This document shows, in pieces, positions 29,682 to 40,095 of a stretch of 64,000 nucleotides of DNA (within the stretch, counting starts at the first letter, position 1; each line of letters starts with the position of its first letter). The DNA is from an uncultured Acidobacteriota bacterium (GTDB taxonomy: Bacteria; Acidobacteriota; Blastocatellia; RBC074): positions 576,001-640,000 of the forward strand of contig CAWCKY010000003.1 in NCBI GenBank assembly GCA_963796275.1. The letters run 5' to 3'. Under the pieces are notes generated by a model. The model did not search any database. It was not told the origin of the DNA and worked only from the letters and a program-made list of their open reading frames with translations. Both the position numbers and the translations under genes were made by a program.

Positions 29682-30863
29682 TCAGGCGGCATGTTTCAGA
29701 TCGTTTTTGTTCAGATACCCGATAAGCAGACCGTCCGAATCGACTACCGCGAGGTAACCGAGGTTGTTTATTTTCAATTTCTGTTCCGCATGCTCGATCG
29801 ATGCGCGCGCAGTGACGAAGAGATCATCCGCGATCGGTTCCATTACTTCGCCTACTCTTACTTGTTCCCATTTATCCTTCGGCACTTCCCGTAGACGTCC
29901 TAGTGATAGAATGCCGTGCAGGCGACCGTCGCGCGCTACCGGGAAATTGGCCAGTCGATTGGACGAGAGCACCTGATCGATAAATTCGCTTATTCTCAGC
30001 TCTGGTGCCACGCTTACTGCAGGCGTGGTCATAACGGCTCCCACCGTCCCGGTGATGTTCCATTCCGATCGGGTTGCTTGGCTCGCATTTTCACGCGCGC
30101 GCATTTGCTCGCGATGACGATAATCGCTATTGGCCGCGGTTTTGAGAAACATTCCGATGATGAACAACCATACGGCTGCCAGGAAATCCCTCCAGATAGT
30201 GCCGCGAAAAACTCCATAAATAACCAGAAAAACGCTGTACGACATCAGTATGTAGGCGATTCCCACGCCCATCTTCTTGGCGGTGCGGGTGGCAGCTAGA
30301 ATGTCTTTGCTGCGGTGCCATAGGATAGCGCGCAGCGCACGTCCGCCATCGAGTGGCAGTCCGGGTAGGAGATTGAATATCGCGAGGAACATATTGGCAT
30401 AGGCCAGGTAATAACAAGCCTCGGTTGCACCTTCGATCAACCAGGCATCGGAATCGGCCCATTTCAATCCAAACAAAAAAACTAAAAACATGAAACCCAA
30501 CAAGAACGAGCTGACCGGTCCGGCAATCGCCACCCGGAATTCTGCCATTGCCGTGTGAGGCTCACCGATCATACGCGCCCAGCCGCCGAAAATGTGAAGC
30601 TGGATATCCTGGATGCGGATGCCTTCAAGCCGCGCGATGATCGAGTGTGCCAGTTCGTGAACCAGCACCGAACCGAAAAATAGAGCTGTGATTACGGTAC
30701 CGAGCAGAAAGTTCTGCCAGGATGGCAACGGCGGATTGATCGAGGTCGGAAGCCAGTAGCGCGCCATCAGCCAGATGTGTAAGAAGGCGATGGGTGGCCA
30801 ACTATAATCGATAATCAGAGGTATCCCGAGAACGCGAGCCAGTTGGAATTGTCGGAAACGCAT
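29682..30863 (-). CDS. Site-2 protease (M50) with C-terminal CBS pair
   Basis: HELAH, AGPVSS, NLLPGLPLDGGR, two CBS repeats; start ATG 30863. Confidence 0.92.
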   Translation of the reverse strand: MRFRQFQLARVLGIPLIIDYSWPPIAFLHIWLMARYWLPTSINPPLPSWQNFLLGTVITALFFGSVLVHELAHSIIARLEGIRIQDIQLHIFGGWARMIGEPHTAMAEFRVAIAGPVSSFLLGFMFLVFLFGLKWADSDAWLIEGATEACYYLAYANMFLAIFNLLPGLPLDGGRALRAILWHRSKDILAATRTAKKMGVGIAYILMSYSVFLVIYGVFRGTIWRDFLAAVWLFIIGMFLKTAANSDYRHREQMRARENASQATRSEWNITGTVGAVMTTPAVSVAPELRISEFIDQVLSSNRLANFPVARDGRLHGILSLGRLREVPKDKWEQVRVGEVMEPIADDLFVTARASIEHAEQKLKINNLGYLAVVDSDGLLIGYLNKNDLKHAA

Positions 30864-30905
30864 AGCCGAATGATAGCAGAGGAATAGGAAATTTGTATTC
30901 AATCT

Positions 30906-31538
30906 TCAGTCAGAGACGAAGCCTCTGATGGCCTGCGCCAATTCATGCGCGTGATCGTCGAAAAAATGGCCCGCGCCCTCGATCCGAACGAGGCGGTATT
31001 TGCTGGAGGAGGGCAGCGCGTTCAAAAACTCGGTCAGCGGTCCAAGCGGCGCCAGTTCGTCTTCAGCGCCGTGAATGAATAGCTTCGGTTTTTCACAGTC
31101 GCTCAAGAAATCGAGGTTGCCCATACGAGCCGGAACGCCGATAGCGATCAACCGTTGGACGCGCACATCCGAACAACCGAGACGCAAGCCAATGATCGAA
31201 CCGAATGAGAAACCGGCGACGATCACCTCTCGTGCGCGCGGCTGATCATTGATCAGATAGTCGAGCGCAATCACAGCATCCTCATATTCCCCCTGGCCAT
31301 CGGCGTATTCCCCCGTGCTCGCGCCAACGCCGCGGAAGTTGAAACGCAAAGTTTCAAAGCCGGATTCCTGCAGCGCTTTGGCAGCCCGGAAGACGACTTT
31401 GTTGTGCATCGTGCCTCCAAACTTGGGGTGCGGATGCAGGACAAGCGCTACGCGTTCGGCCGGCTCGCCAGTCGGGCGATAAATCGCTTCGAGCCTCCCG
31501 TGCGGCGCAGGTATGAATAGATTTCCGGCAGGATACAT
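30906..31538 (-). CDS. Alpha/beta hydrolase
   Basis: HPHPKFGGTMHNKVV, RFNFRGVG, GFSFG nucleophile elbow, GAGHFF. Confidence 0.92.
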   Translation of the reverse strand: MYPAGNLFIPAPHGRLEAIYRPTGEPAERVALVLHPHPKFGGTMHNKVVFRAAKALQESGFETLRFNFRGVGASTGEYADGQGEYEDAVIALDYLINDQPRAREVIVAGFSFGSIIGLRLGCSDVRVQRLIAIGVPARMGNLDFLSDCEKPKLFIHGAEDELAPLGPLTEFLNALPSSSKYRLVRIEGAGHFFDDHAHELAQAIRGFVSD

Positions 31539-31622
31539 AAAGAATTGATAATTGATAACCGATAGTTGATAGTAAATAAATAGTTGCCAGTGTATATGAA
31601 CTATCGATATCTCGATTGATTC

Positions 31623-32582
31623 CTAATTTCGCAGTAACACCTTTAACATACCGGGTTGTTGAGCTTCAGCCATGGCCGCAACCCCATGAGCGAGATCGAA
31701 TTCGCGAGCGATCAGCGGCTCTACATCGACGGCGCCGGACTCGAGGAGCTCCAGAGCACTTTCAAATCGCCCGCACCTCGACCCTACGATGGTGATTTCA
31801 TCGACGACCACGCGGGAGGTATCGAGTTGCACCCCTCCATGAAAAGTCGATTTCAGCACTATTGTCCCGCGCGGTCGAGTCAGATCGAGTGCGAGATTCA
31901 ATCCGCTCGATGCTCCGCTCGCTTCGATGACCACATCGAATCGGTTCGCCGTATCGATCGTCATTCGGTCCGATGCGATTGTGCTAATCCCCGCATCTGA
32001 GGCAAGTTTCAATTTACTCGCGTGTTTACCGACCAGAATCGGATCGCATCCTGTCGCCGCCAGCACGCGTGCTATCAGTTGTCCCAGCTTGCCATCGCCG
32101 ATAACTGCTACCCGTTGAGATTGATTTATCTTGACCTGATCGAGTATTTCGCAGGCGGCCGCCAGCGGTTCTGTAAATACCGCATGACGATCGCTTACTG
32201 CATCCGGAATTTTCAACAAATTTTCCGGCGGCAGCTTGAGATACTCGGCAAATGCTCCATCGCGATTGTGGATGCCGAGGACAGTTCTGTTCGGGCAATG
32301 TCTGGGATCGCGTTGCAGGCAGAGATCGCATCGCCCGCAGCCCGCATTGATCTCGCCGACTACACGTTGACCGATCTGCGATTCATCCGGGGAGTCAACG
32401 ACGATCCCGGTGAATTCGTGACCGAGTGTGCCATTGAAATTTGCGTAACCCCGCATAATCTCAATGTCGGTGTGGCAGATTCCCGCCATCGTAACGCGCA
32501 CCAGTGCTTCACCGCCGCCATCGGGTACATCAAGATCAGTCAATTGTAATAAGCATTTATCAATACGAAGCGCCTTCATCAC
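31623..32582 (-). CDS. Zn-dependent alcohol dehydrogenase (MDR family)
   Basis: GICHTD, GHEF, CGRCDLC...HC, GDGKLG. Confidence 0.92.
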   Translation of the reverse strand: MMKALRIDKCLLQLTDLDVPDGGGEALVRVTMAGICHTDIEIMRGYANFNGTLGHEFTGIVVDSPDESQIGQRVVGEINAGCGRCDLCLQRDPRHCPNRTVLGIHNRDGAFAEYLKLPPENLLKIPDAVSDRHAVFTEPLAAACEILDQVKINQSQRVAVIGDGKLGQLIARVLAATGCDPILVGKHASKLKLASDAGISTIASDRMTIDTANRFDVVIEASGASSGLNLALDLTRPRGTIVLKSTFHGGVQLDTSRVVVDEITIVGSRCGRFESALELLESGAVDVEPLIAREFDLAHGVAAMAEAQQPGMLKVLLRN

Positions 32583-32662
32583 TATTCTCCACTGGATTTT
32601 TATTATGTGCTATGCAATCCTCAATTCGCTAAACTAGTTTTTCATTATGGAAGGAGAACGAG

Positions 32663-33094
32663 ATGTCAAGAGTCAAATCTGGTGATACTGTGAAGGTCCA
32701 TTATACAGGGAAACTCGATAACGGTGAGATTTTTGACACATCAGAAGAAGGAGAACCGTTTTCATTTACGGTAGGAGAGGGGCAGGTCATCGACGGATTC
32801 GATAATGCTTTGGTCGGAATGCAGGTTGGCGAGACGAAGGAGATTGTAGTTCCTCCGGATCAGGCATATGGGGAACGTGACGAAGACCTTGTTCAGCGAA
32901 TAAGCCGCGATCAATTCAAGCTTACAGGTGTCGAACCTGAAGTCGGCATGGCAATTGAAATGCATACGCCGCAAGGAGTCATTCCGTTGATCATCAGCGA
33001 CCTGACCGAGACGACAGTGGAACTCGACGCGAATCATTCCCTCGCAGGAGAGAGTCTGTATTTCGCTTTAAAATTGGTTGAGATCGCAGCATAA
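32663..33094 (+). CDS. FKBP-type peptidyl-prolyl isomerase (SlyD/SlpA-like, no His-rich tail)
   Basis: VKVHYTGKLDNGEIFD, P.QAYGE, LDANHSLAG. Confidence 0.93.
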   Translation: MSRVKSGDTVKVHYTGKLDNGEIFDTSEEGEPFSFTVGEGQVIDGFDNALVGMQVGETKEIVVPPDQAYGERDEDLVQRISRDQFKLTGVEPEVGMAIEMHTPQGVIPLIISDLTETTVELDANHSLAGESLYFALKLVEIAA

Positions 33095-33102
33095 ATTGTC
33101 GA

Positions 33103-33804
33103 ATGATACAATCGCAGGCACCACACGATTGGAACCTGACTCCAAGCGAGGCGATTGAAATTCAAAAGCGGATGCGCAGTCTGGTCAAGCTTCAATCCCA
33201 GACGCATGAATTCAAGAAAATTGCTGGGGCGGATCTATCGTACAATAAATTTTCGGATACTATTTATACGGGAATTGTCGTTTTGAGTTTCCCGGAATTG
33301 CAGGTGATCGAGTCGGTCGGTGTTCGCAGCGTGGCTAAATTCCCCTACGTACCAGGATTGCTCAGCTTTCGTGAAACGCCATCATTGCTTGAAGCTTGGG
33401 ATAAACTCAAGAACCGGCCTGATGTGTTGATGCTCGATGGACACGGGATGGCGCATCCGAGGCGCTTCGGCATCGCGTGCCACGTTGGCATCCTGCTGGA
33501 GATTCCGACGGTAGGTTGCGCGAAGAGTATACTCGTAGGCACGCACGATGTGCTCGCGCCAGACGCCGGTAACCATGCGCCGCTCATCGATCGAAGCGAG
33601 CAGATAGGAGTTGCTCTTCGAACGAAGAAAAATGTAACGCCGGTCTATGTCTCAGTAGGGCATCTGATAGATATTCCTTCAGCCATCAAACTAGTTTTGA
33701 ATTCGACTACCAAATATCGCCAGCCGGAACCTACACGGCAAGCACATCTGCTGGTCAATCGACTAAGAAAGGCCGATTGCGACGAGAAAAACGATTCCCG
33801 ATAA
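33103..33804 (+). CDS. nfi: Endonuclease V
   Basis: GADLS, FPYVPGLLSFRE, DGHGMAHPRRFGIACH, GCAKS, PEPTRQAH. Confidence 0.96.
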   Translation: MIQSQAPHDWNLTPSEAIEIQKRMRSLVKLQSQTHEFKKIAGADLSYNKFSDTIYTGIVVLSFPELQVIESVGVRSVAKFPYVPGLLSFRETPSLLEAWDKLKNRPDVLMLDGHGMAHPRRFGIACHVGILLEIPTVGCAKSILVGTHDVLAPDAGNHAPLIDRSEQIGVALRTKKNVTPVYVSVGHLIDIPSAIKLVLNSTTKYRQPEPTRQAHLLVNRLRKADCDEKNDSR

Positions 33805-34189
33805 GATAAAATCTGCGATTTAGGGGGTGGGTGAAAACAAACGTTTTGCCTCGTCTGAATAACCAATTTAAAAAAACTGTTGGCCGTTCGTCTATGGGGA
33901 TTTGCGATCGCGTGGTTAAATGCGAAACTTTAGTATTTTCAGCGCAGGCTCTCATCACCTAGAGAATCTTTCCAGGCGGTTTTCGACGGACGAAATTCTC
34001 CTATCCCCCAGCGTCAACATCGTGCAACATGACGAGCGATGCTCATAGTATAACTCCGATTTTGCATATCGACCGATTATGTCGGCACAGACGACGATCA
34101 GACCAATGAAGTCGCTTCCAGGAATTTGTAGAAAATTATCAATTTAACCGGTTAGCGGGCGGCGCCCGGAAACAATGAAAATCGGCTTG

Positions 34190-34273
34190 CGTTGTACGGT
34201 AGGTTGCCGAACCTGCTGAATCTTCCTCGTCAGCCCATTCGGGAAGATCTCGCGGGTAAGACACCTACCCGAC
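34190..34273. repeat. Degenerate REP-like doublet upstream of argF
   Basis: tgtacggtaggttgccgaacctgc ... gcgggtaagacacctacccgaca, with inner atcttcc/ggaagat stem. Confidence 0.55.
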
Positions 34274-34290
34274 ATATTTGAGGAGAAGAT

Positions 34291-35220
<930 letters not shown>

Positions 35221-35254
35221 GATCGCGGATTGTGTTTTTGCGAGATCGAAAGCG

Positions 35255-37000
35255 ATGAGTGATAAGCGAGAAACAGGACCGGATATTCAGACGGAACGAC
35301 CCGGCGGAAATGTTAAAACGTCCGATCCGCAAGCTGCTATCCGCAAGCCGCAATCAGTTGCACGTTCAGCCGGGATCGTCAGCATTGCCGTGATGGGCAG
35401 TCGCATCCTGGGTCTGATTCGCGAACTTGTATTCGCCGCGTTCTTCGGCGCCGGATTCGCCATGGACGCATTTATCATCGCCTTTCGCGTACCCAATCTG
35501 TTACGGGACCTGTTTGCCGAGGGGGCATTGTCCGCCGCCTTCGTCACTACTTTTTCACAAACGATCACGAAACGAGGCGAGAACGCGGCGTGGCGACTCG
35601 CAAACATGGTTAATAATGGATTGCTCGTCGTCCTCTCGCCGATCGTCATCGCCGGAATTGTATTTGCTCCTCAGTTAGTCGGCCTTCTGATCGAACCGGA
35701 CAAATATCAAACCGATGCGCAAACGGCAAACCTCACTTTTGATCTGGCCGTGATGATGACGCGGATCATGTTGCCCTTCCTCATTATGGTCTCGCTGTCG
35801 GCTGTGGCGATGGGTGTTCTCAACACCAAAGATCGCTTTGGCGTTCCGGCGTCGGCCTCCACGATGTTCAACGTCGGCGCGATCATCGGCGGCCTGGCCT
35901 TCGCTTACCTGCTGGCCCCGGATTACATCGAGGCGGTTATTCACGGCAGGCTCGGAGACGCCGATGGCGTATCTCGCGCGATCGTTGGTATGGCTATCGG
36001 GACGCTGATCGGCGGAATACTCCAATGGTTGATTCAGGTGCCGAGCCTCCACTCTGTCGGATACCGCTGGGAGTCGGTATTGAGTTTTAGGGATGAAAAT
36101 GTCCGGCAGGTCATGAGGTTGATGGCGCCTGCCATCATCGGCTCGGCTGCATTGCAAGTCAACGTTTTTATCAATACGAAGTTCGCTTCCGGACTGGGTG
36201 AAGGTCCGGTCTCGTGGCTATCCTACGCATTCAGGCTGATCTACCTGCCGATCGGAATCTTTGGCGTTGCCATATCGACCGCGACTTTGCCGGCTGCCTC
36301 CCGCGCAGCGGCGCTCGACAAACTGGATGAATTTCGCCGCACGATCGCGTCATCGCTGCGGCTGACTTTCCTCCTGACCATTCCTTCGGCCATCGGACTG
36401 ATCGTGCTCAGCCGGCCCATCATTTCATTGATATACGAGCGCGGCCGTTTCGATGCGTTCGATACGGAACAAACGGCTGTCGCACTCCTTTACAACGCGA
36501 TAGGACTGACCGCATATTCTGGCGTCCGCGTCCTCGCTCCTGCATTCTATGCGCTGAAAGACGCGCGCATTCCGATGATCGCCAGTCTGCTGTCGATCGG
36601 CATCAATTATGCAGTGGCAAGCCTGACCGTTAACTATTTAAACATCGGTCATCGCGGTCTCGCGTTATCGATCTCCGCCGTTGCGATTATCAACTTTCTA
36701 TTCTTATTTCTAGTGATGCGCCGCAGGCTGGGCAAAATCGAAGGGCGCAGCCTCGCCATGGTATTCATCAAAGTTTCGGCGGCATCGTGTATGATGGGCG
36801 CGGTATGCTGGGTTGTCAGCCGGCAACTTGAGCACCATTTGGGTTTGGAATCGTTGCTCGATCGTCTGATAAATGTTGGGGTTTCAATTGCGATCGGTAT
36901 TGCGGTGCTTTACCCTGCGGCGCGACTGATGAGATTGCATGAAATCGAGCAACTCACCGAGGTGCTACAGAGAAAGTTTGGCAGGTTTTTCCGAAGGTAA
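35255..37000 (+). CDS. murJ: Lipid II flippase MurJ (MviN)
   Basis: SRILGLIRE, AFRVPNLLRDLFAEGALSAAF, LPIGIFGVAI, many TM helices. Confidence 0.95.
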   Translation: MSDKRETGPDIQTERPGGNVKTSDPQAAIRKPQSVARSAGIVSIAVMGSRILGLIRELVFAAFFGAGFAMDAFIIAFRVPNLLRDLFAEGALSAAFVTTFSQTITKRGENAAWRLANMVNNGLLVVLSPIVIAGIVFAPQLVGLLIEPDKYQTDAQTANLTFDLAVMMTRIMLPFLIMVSLSAVAMGVLNTKDRFGVPASASTMFNVGAIIGGLAFAYLLAPDYIEAVIHGRLGDADGVSRAIVGMAIGTLIGGILQWLIQVPSLHSVGYRWESVLSFRDENVRQVMRLMAPAIIGSAALQVNVFINTKFASGLGEGPVSWLSYAFRLIYLPIGIFGVAISTATLPAASRAAALDKLDEFRRTIASSLRLTFLLTIPSAIGLIVLSRPIISLIYERGRFDAFDTEQTAVALLYNAIGLTAYSGVRVLAPAFYALKDARIPMIASLLSIGINYAVASLTVNYLNIGHRGLALSISAVAIINFLFLFLVMRRRLGKIEGRSLAMVFIKVSAASCMMGAVCWVVSRQLEHHLGLESLLDRLINVGVSIAIGIAVLYPAARLMRLHEIEQLTEVLQRKFGRFFRR

Positions 37001-37046
37001 CTTGATATTTATGATTCCAGAGCAGTGAACAACGGAGGAATTGAAG

Positions 37047-38108
37047 ATGAAGAGACTATTGTTGCTGTTTCTATGTTTGATGACGATCGGAGTCGCGACC
37101 TTGATTTTCGCGCGTCAGGAGAGGGCCGTCGGGCGCGGCCTGGGAATTTATTATATCGATGTCGAGGGCGGAGCCGCTACTCTGATTGTCACACCTGCGG
37201 GGGAATCGGTTCTGGTAGATGCCGGTTGGCCGGGTTTCGATGGGCGTGACGCTAGACGAATCGAAAAAGCGATGAAATCAGCCGGCATCGAGCGGATCGA
37301 CCATATGGTCATAACTCATTATCACACCGACCACTATGGAGGGGTGCCGGAACTCGCAAAACTCGTAAAGATCGAGAAGTTTTATGATCATGGCCCGCTC
37401 ACTTCGCTGGATGAAGACAAAGGCTTCGCCACGAAATATGCGGCCTACCAGTCTGTAACCAAAGGCAAATCCATCACGCTCAAGCCCGGCAGCACGATCG
37501 AGCTGAAAAGCGCTTCCGGCACGCAACGGATTTCATTGAAATGCCTCGCCGCCCGGGCTGATATCATTTCGGGGAAGAAAGAGAGCGGTGCGGCAAATCA
37601 GGAATGCGCCAATGCCGCATTGAAGCCTGAAGACAAATCGGATAACGCCCGCAGCGTAGTCCTATTGCTCAGCTACGGTGCATTCGATTTTCTTGATACA
37701 GGCGATCTGACCTGGAATGTAGAACAGAAGCTCGTCTGTCCGGCGAATTTGATCGGCGAGATCGACCTTTACCAGGTATCCCATCATGGTTTGAATATAA
37801 GCAATAATCAGGCGTTACTGCGCAGCATCAAGCCCGAGGTTGCAATTATGAATAACGGCCCGCGTAAGGGCGGTCATCCAGACACCGTAAAATGGCTGTT
37901 AGAGCTGCCCACGCTCAAGGATCTCTGGCAGGTGCATCGCAACGTAACGAGTACTCCGGAGCAGAACGCGCCGGCAGATTTTATTGCCAATCTCGAAGAA
38001 CAGAACGATGACGCGCATCTGATTCGCGTTTCGGTCGATGCAGCAAAACGAACATTTACTGTGACGAATGACCGCAACGGAAAGAATAAGTCTTATCAGA
38101 TTAAATAA
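37047..38108 (+). CDS. Secreted metallo-beta-lactamase-fold hydrolase (ComEC-like domain)
   Basis: IDVEGGAATL, THYHTDHYGG, GDLT, SHHG; signal peptide. Confidence 0.88.
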   Translation: MKRLLLLFLCLMTIGVATLIFARQERAVGRGLGIYYIDVEGGAATLIVTPAGESVLVDAGWPGFDGRDARRIEKAMKSAGIERIDHMVITHYHTDHYGGVPELAKLVKIEKFYDHGPLTSLDEDKGFATKYAAYQSVTKGKSITLKPGSTIELKSASGTQRISLKCLAARADIISGKKESGAANQECANAALKPEDKSDNARSVVLLLSYGAFDFLDTGDLTWNVEQKLVCPANLIGEIDLYQVSHHGLNISNNQALLRSIKPEVAIMNNGPRKGGHPDTVKWLLELPTLKDLWQVHRNVTSTPEQNAPADFIANLEEQNDDAHLIRVSVDAAKRTFTVTNDRNGKNKSYQIK

Positions 38109-38115
38109 GCTAAAA

Positions 38116-38436
38116 ATGAAAGTCCAACTTCTCAAAATCGCACATGCACGCTCGGGGGATAAAGGAGATACAGCGAATATCGGTCTGATCGCTCTCAAAC
38201 CCGAGTATTACCCTGTTCTTGTCAGAGAGGTGACGGCTGAGCGCGTCAGAAAACACTTCGACGGTATCTGTAAAGGCGAGGTGGAGAGATTTGAACTGCC
38301 GAATCTAAATGCGCTTAATTTTCTCCTGCATCAAAGCCTCGGCGGTGGCGGAACGATCTCTCTCAAATCAGATCCCCAGGGGAAAACTTTGAGCTCAGCC
38401 TTGCTCAGGATGGAGATCGAAATAGTTGATAATTGA
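38116..38436 (+). CDS. Stand-alone AtuA-like C-terminal domain protein
   Basis: AHARSGDKGDTANIG...ALNFLL...LGGGG..SL..DPQGK. Confidence 0.82.
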   Translation: MKVQLLKIAHARSGDKGDTANIGLIALKPEYYPVLVREVTAERVRKHFDGICKGEVERFELPNLNALNFLLHQSLGGGGTISLKSDPQGKTLSSALLRMEIEIVDN

Positions 38437-38482
38437 TAGTGAAGAACCTTACATCTCACACTATCAACTATCAACTATCAAC
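38424..38482. repeat. 7-mer periodic palindrome overlapping both convergent stop codons
   Basis: agttgataattgatagtg ... cactatcaactatcaactatcaact; same TAGTTGA heptad family as 31543-31610. Confidence 0.8.
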
Positions 38483-39659
38483 TCTCTTTCTTTGCTTTCC
38501 CCGGTCCGGGGGGAAGTTCTTGCGATGCAATGGCAAGAGCATTGTTCTCGTCCTGGGTATTTATGTCAGAGTAAGCTGAATCATTGTCGTCTCCGGAAAT
38601 CAAAAGTCCTCCGGAATGTTTAGAGAAGACTAACTTGCCGATCTCAGGCGAGTAATCCACAATCAACACATCTCCCAGAGCCACCTGCTCGGTTGCGATC
38701 AGGTTCGAAAGCGGGTAGACAAGAAATCTTTCGATCGCTCGTTTCAGGTGCCGCGCCCCATATTTGAAATCGATCCCTTCATCGAGGAGGAATTTTTTGG
38801 CCGCATCGGTGCATTTGAAGATAAACGTATCCCCGCTGCCGCGTATGATTCGTTCCTGCACCGCGCTCAGCTCGATCTCGAGAATCTGCCGCAGATGCTC
38901 ATCTCGCAGGCTGCGAAAGACAACTACTTTGTCGATCCGATTCATGAATTCCGGAGAGAATTTGCGACGCGCCGCCTCCACTGCCGTACGGTATATCTTC
39001 TGATCTACTTCATTATCGATCACTCCAGATTTCGGCGCAAAACCGATACCTCCCGAAATCAACTCGCTCATCTCGCGCGCACCGAGATTAGATGTCATTA
39101 TTACTATCGCTTTCGAGAAGTCTACCCTGCGGTTATCGCCAAGTGTGAGCGTTGCTTTATCAAGGATACCCAGAAGTAACTGCCATAAGGCATCACTAGC
39201 TTTTTCAATTTCGTCGAATAGCACGAGGGAGAGTTTGACCACGTCGCTATGCGATCTGTCGAGATTCTCCTGAGTAAGCATAGGGGCGGTTTCGCGATGA
39301 CCCAGATAACCTGGGGGGGAACCGATAAGTTTAGCGATTTCGTGTGAGTGTTGAAACTCCGCGCAATCGATCTTGGTTACAAGATTGGGATCGCCGAAGA
39401 GGACTTCGGCGGCGGCTTCAACGACTCGGGTTTTGCCGGAGCCGGTCGGTCCCAAAAAAAGAAGTGTGCCGATCGGGCGTCCAGGATGCGCGAGACCGGC
39501 CAGATAAATCTGATACAGACCGGTTATGCGACGTACTGCGCGATCCTGCCCTACTATCAGCGCCGAAAGCTTGTCTTCAAACTCCTGCGCTTGCGGGCTT
39601 TTCAGATCAGGATTTAAATAAGGGCTTGTTATCGCCGGTTTTTGTGCGCTATTGGTCAT
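38478..39659 (-). CDS. Single-domain Clp/Hsp100 ATPase (ClpA/B/C D2 module only)
   Basis: GPTGSGKT, LIGSPPGYLG, LFDEIEKA, MTSNLG, GIGF, PEFMNRID, YGARHLKR; RBS GAGGAG before ATG 39659. Confidence 0.9.
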   Translation of the reverse strand: MTNSAQKPAITSPYLNPDLKSPQAQEFEDKLSALIVGQDRAVRRITGLYQIYLAGLAHPGRPIGTLLFLGPTGSGKTRVVEAAAEVLFGDPNLVTKIDCAEFQHSHEIAKLIGSPPGYLGHRETAPMLTQENLDRSHSDVVKLSLVLFDEIEKASDALWQLLLGILDKATLTLGDNRRVDFSKAIVIMTSNLGAREMSELISGGIGFAPKSGVIDNEVDQKIYRTAVEAARRKFSPEFMNRIDKVVVFRSLRDEHLRQILEIELSAVQERIIRGSGDTFIFKCTDAAKKFLLDEGIDFKYGARHLKRAIERFLVYPLSNLIATEQVALGDVLIVDYSPEIGKLVFSKHSGGLLISGDDNDSAYSDINTQDENNALAIASQELPPGPGKAKKES

Positions 39660-40095
39660 GTCTTTGGCCTCCTCGCTTTCCCCCACAAATTAGGTTGCCA
39701 TCTACAAAACTTGAGAACGATAGTTGGATGATCAATTTGCTAATCTCGTTGTGCTTATTCTCTACCTCCGCACTGAAATCTCCATCTTGAGATAAGTATC
39801 GGCTTATTGATTTCAATTGACGTCTTATTAATCGGTTTGGTTACGATCAGTTTGCCTGTCGCCGTCCTATTTGCACAAATACTGTTAAGATCAATAGCTG
39901 TGTGTCAATCCTGGCTGTGGAGGGGTCTTTCATTTCTTTATAATACTCAATTTGGTCACACCTTTCAATCACCCGAAATTTATAGTTTGTGTGATGCTCA
40001 ATTGAGAATCACCGATTTTTTATGCGAGAGAACGATTTAACCGGCAAATAGGTTCTACAATAAAATTGACTAATCAATGAGCAAACATGCCGAAA

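Noticed and set aside
29340-29682. tRNA-Ala as an integration site
   Set aside because: No integrase nearby and no duplicated tRNA 3' end noticed in the window.
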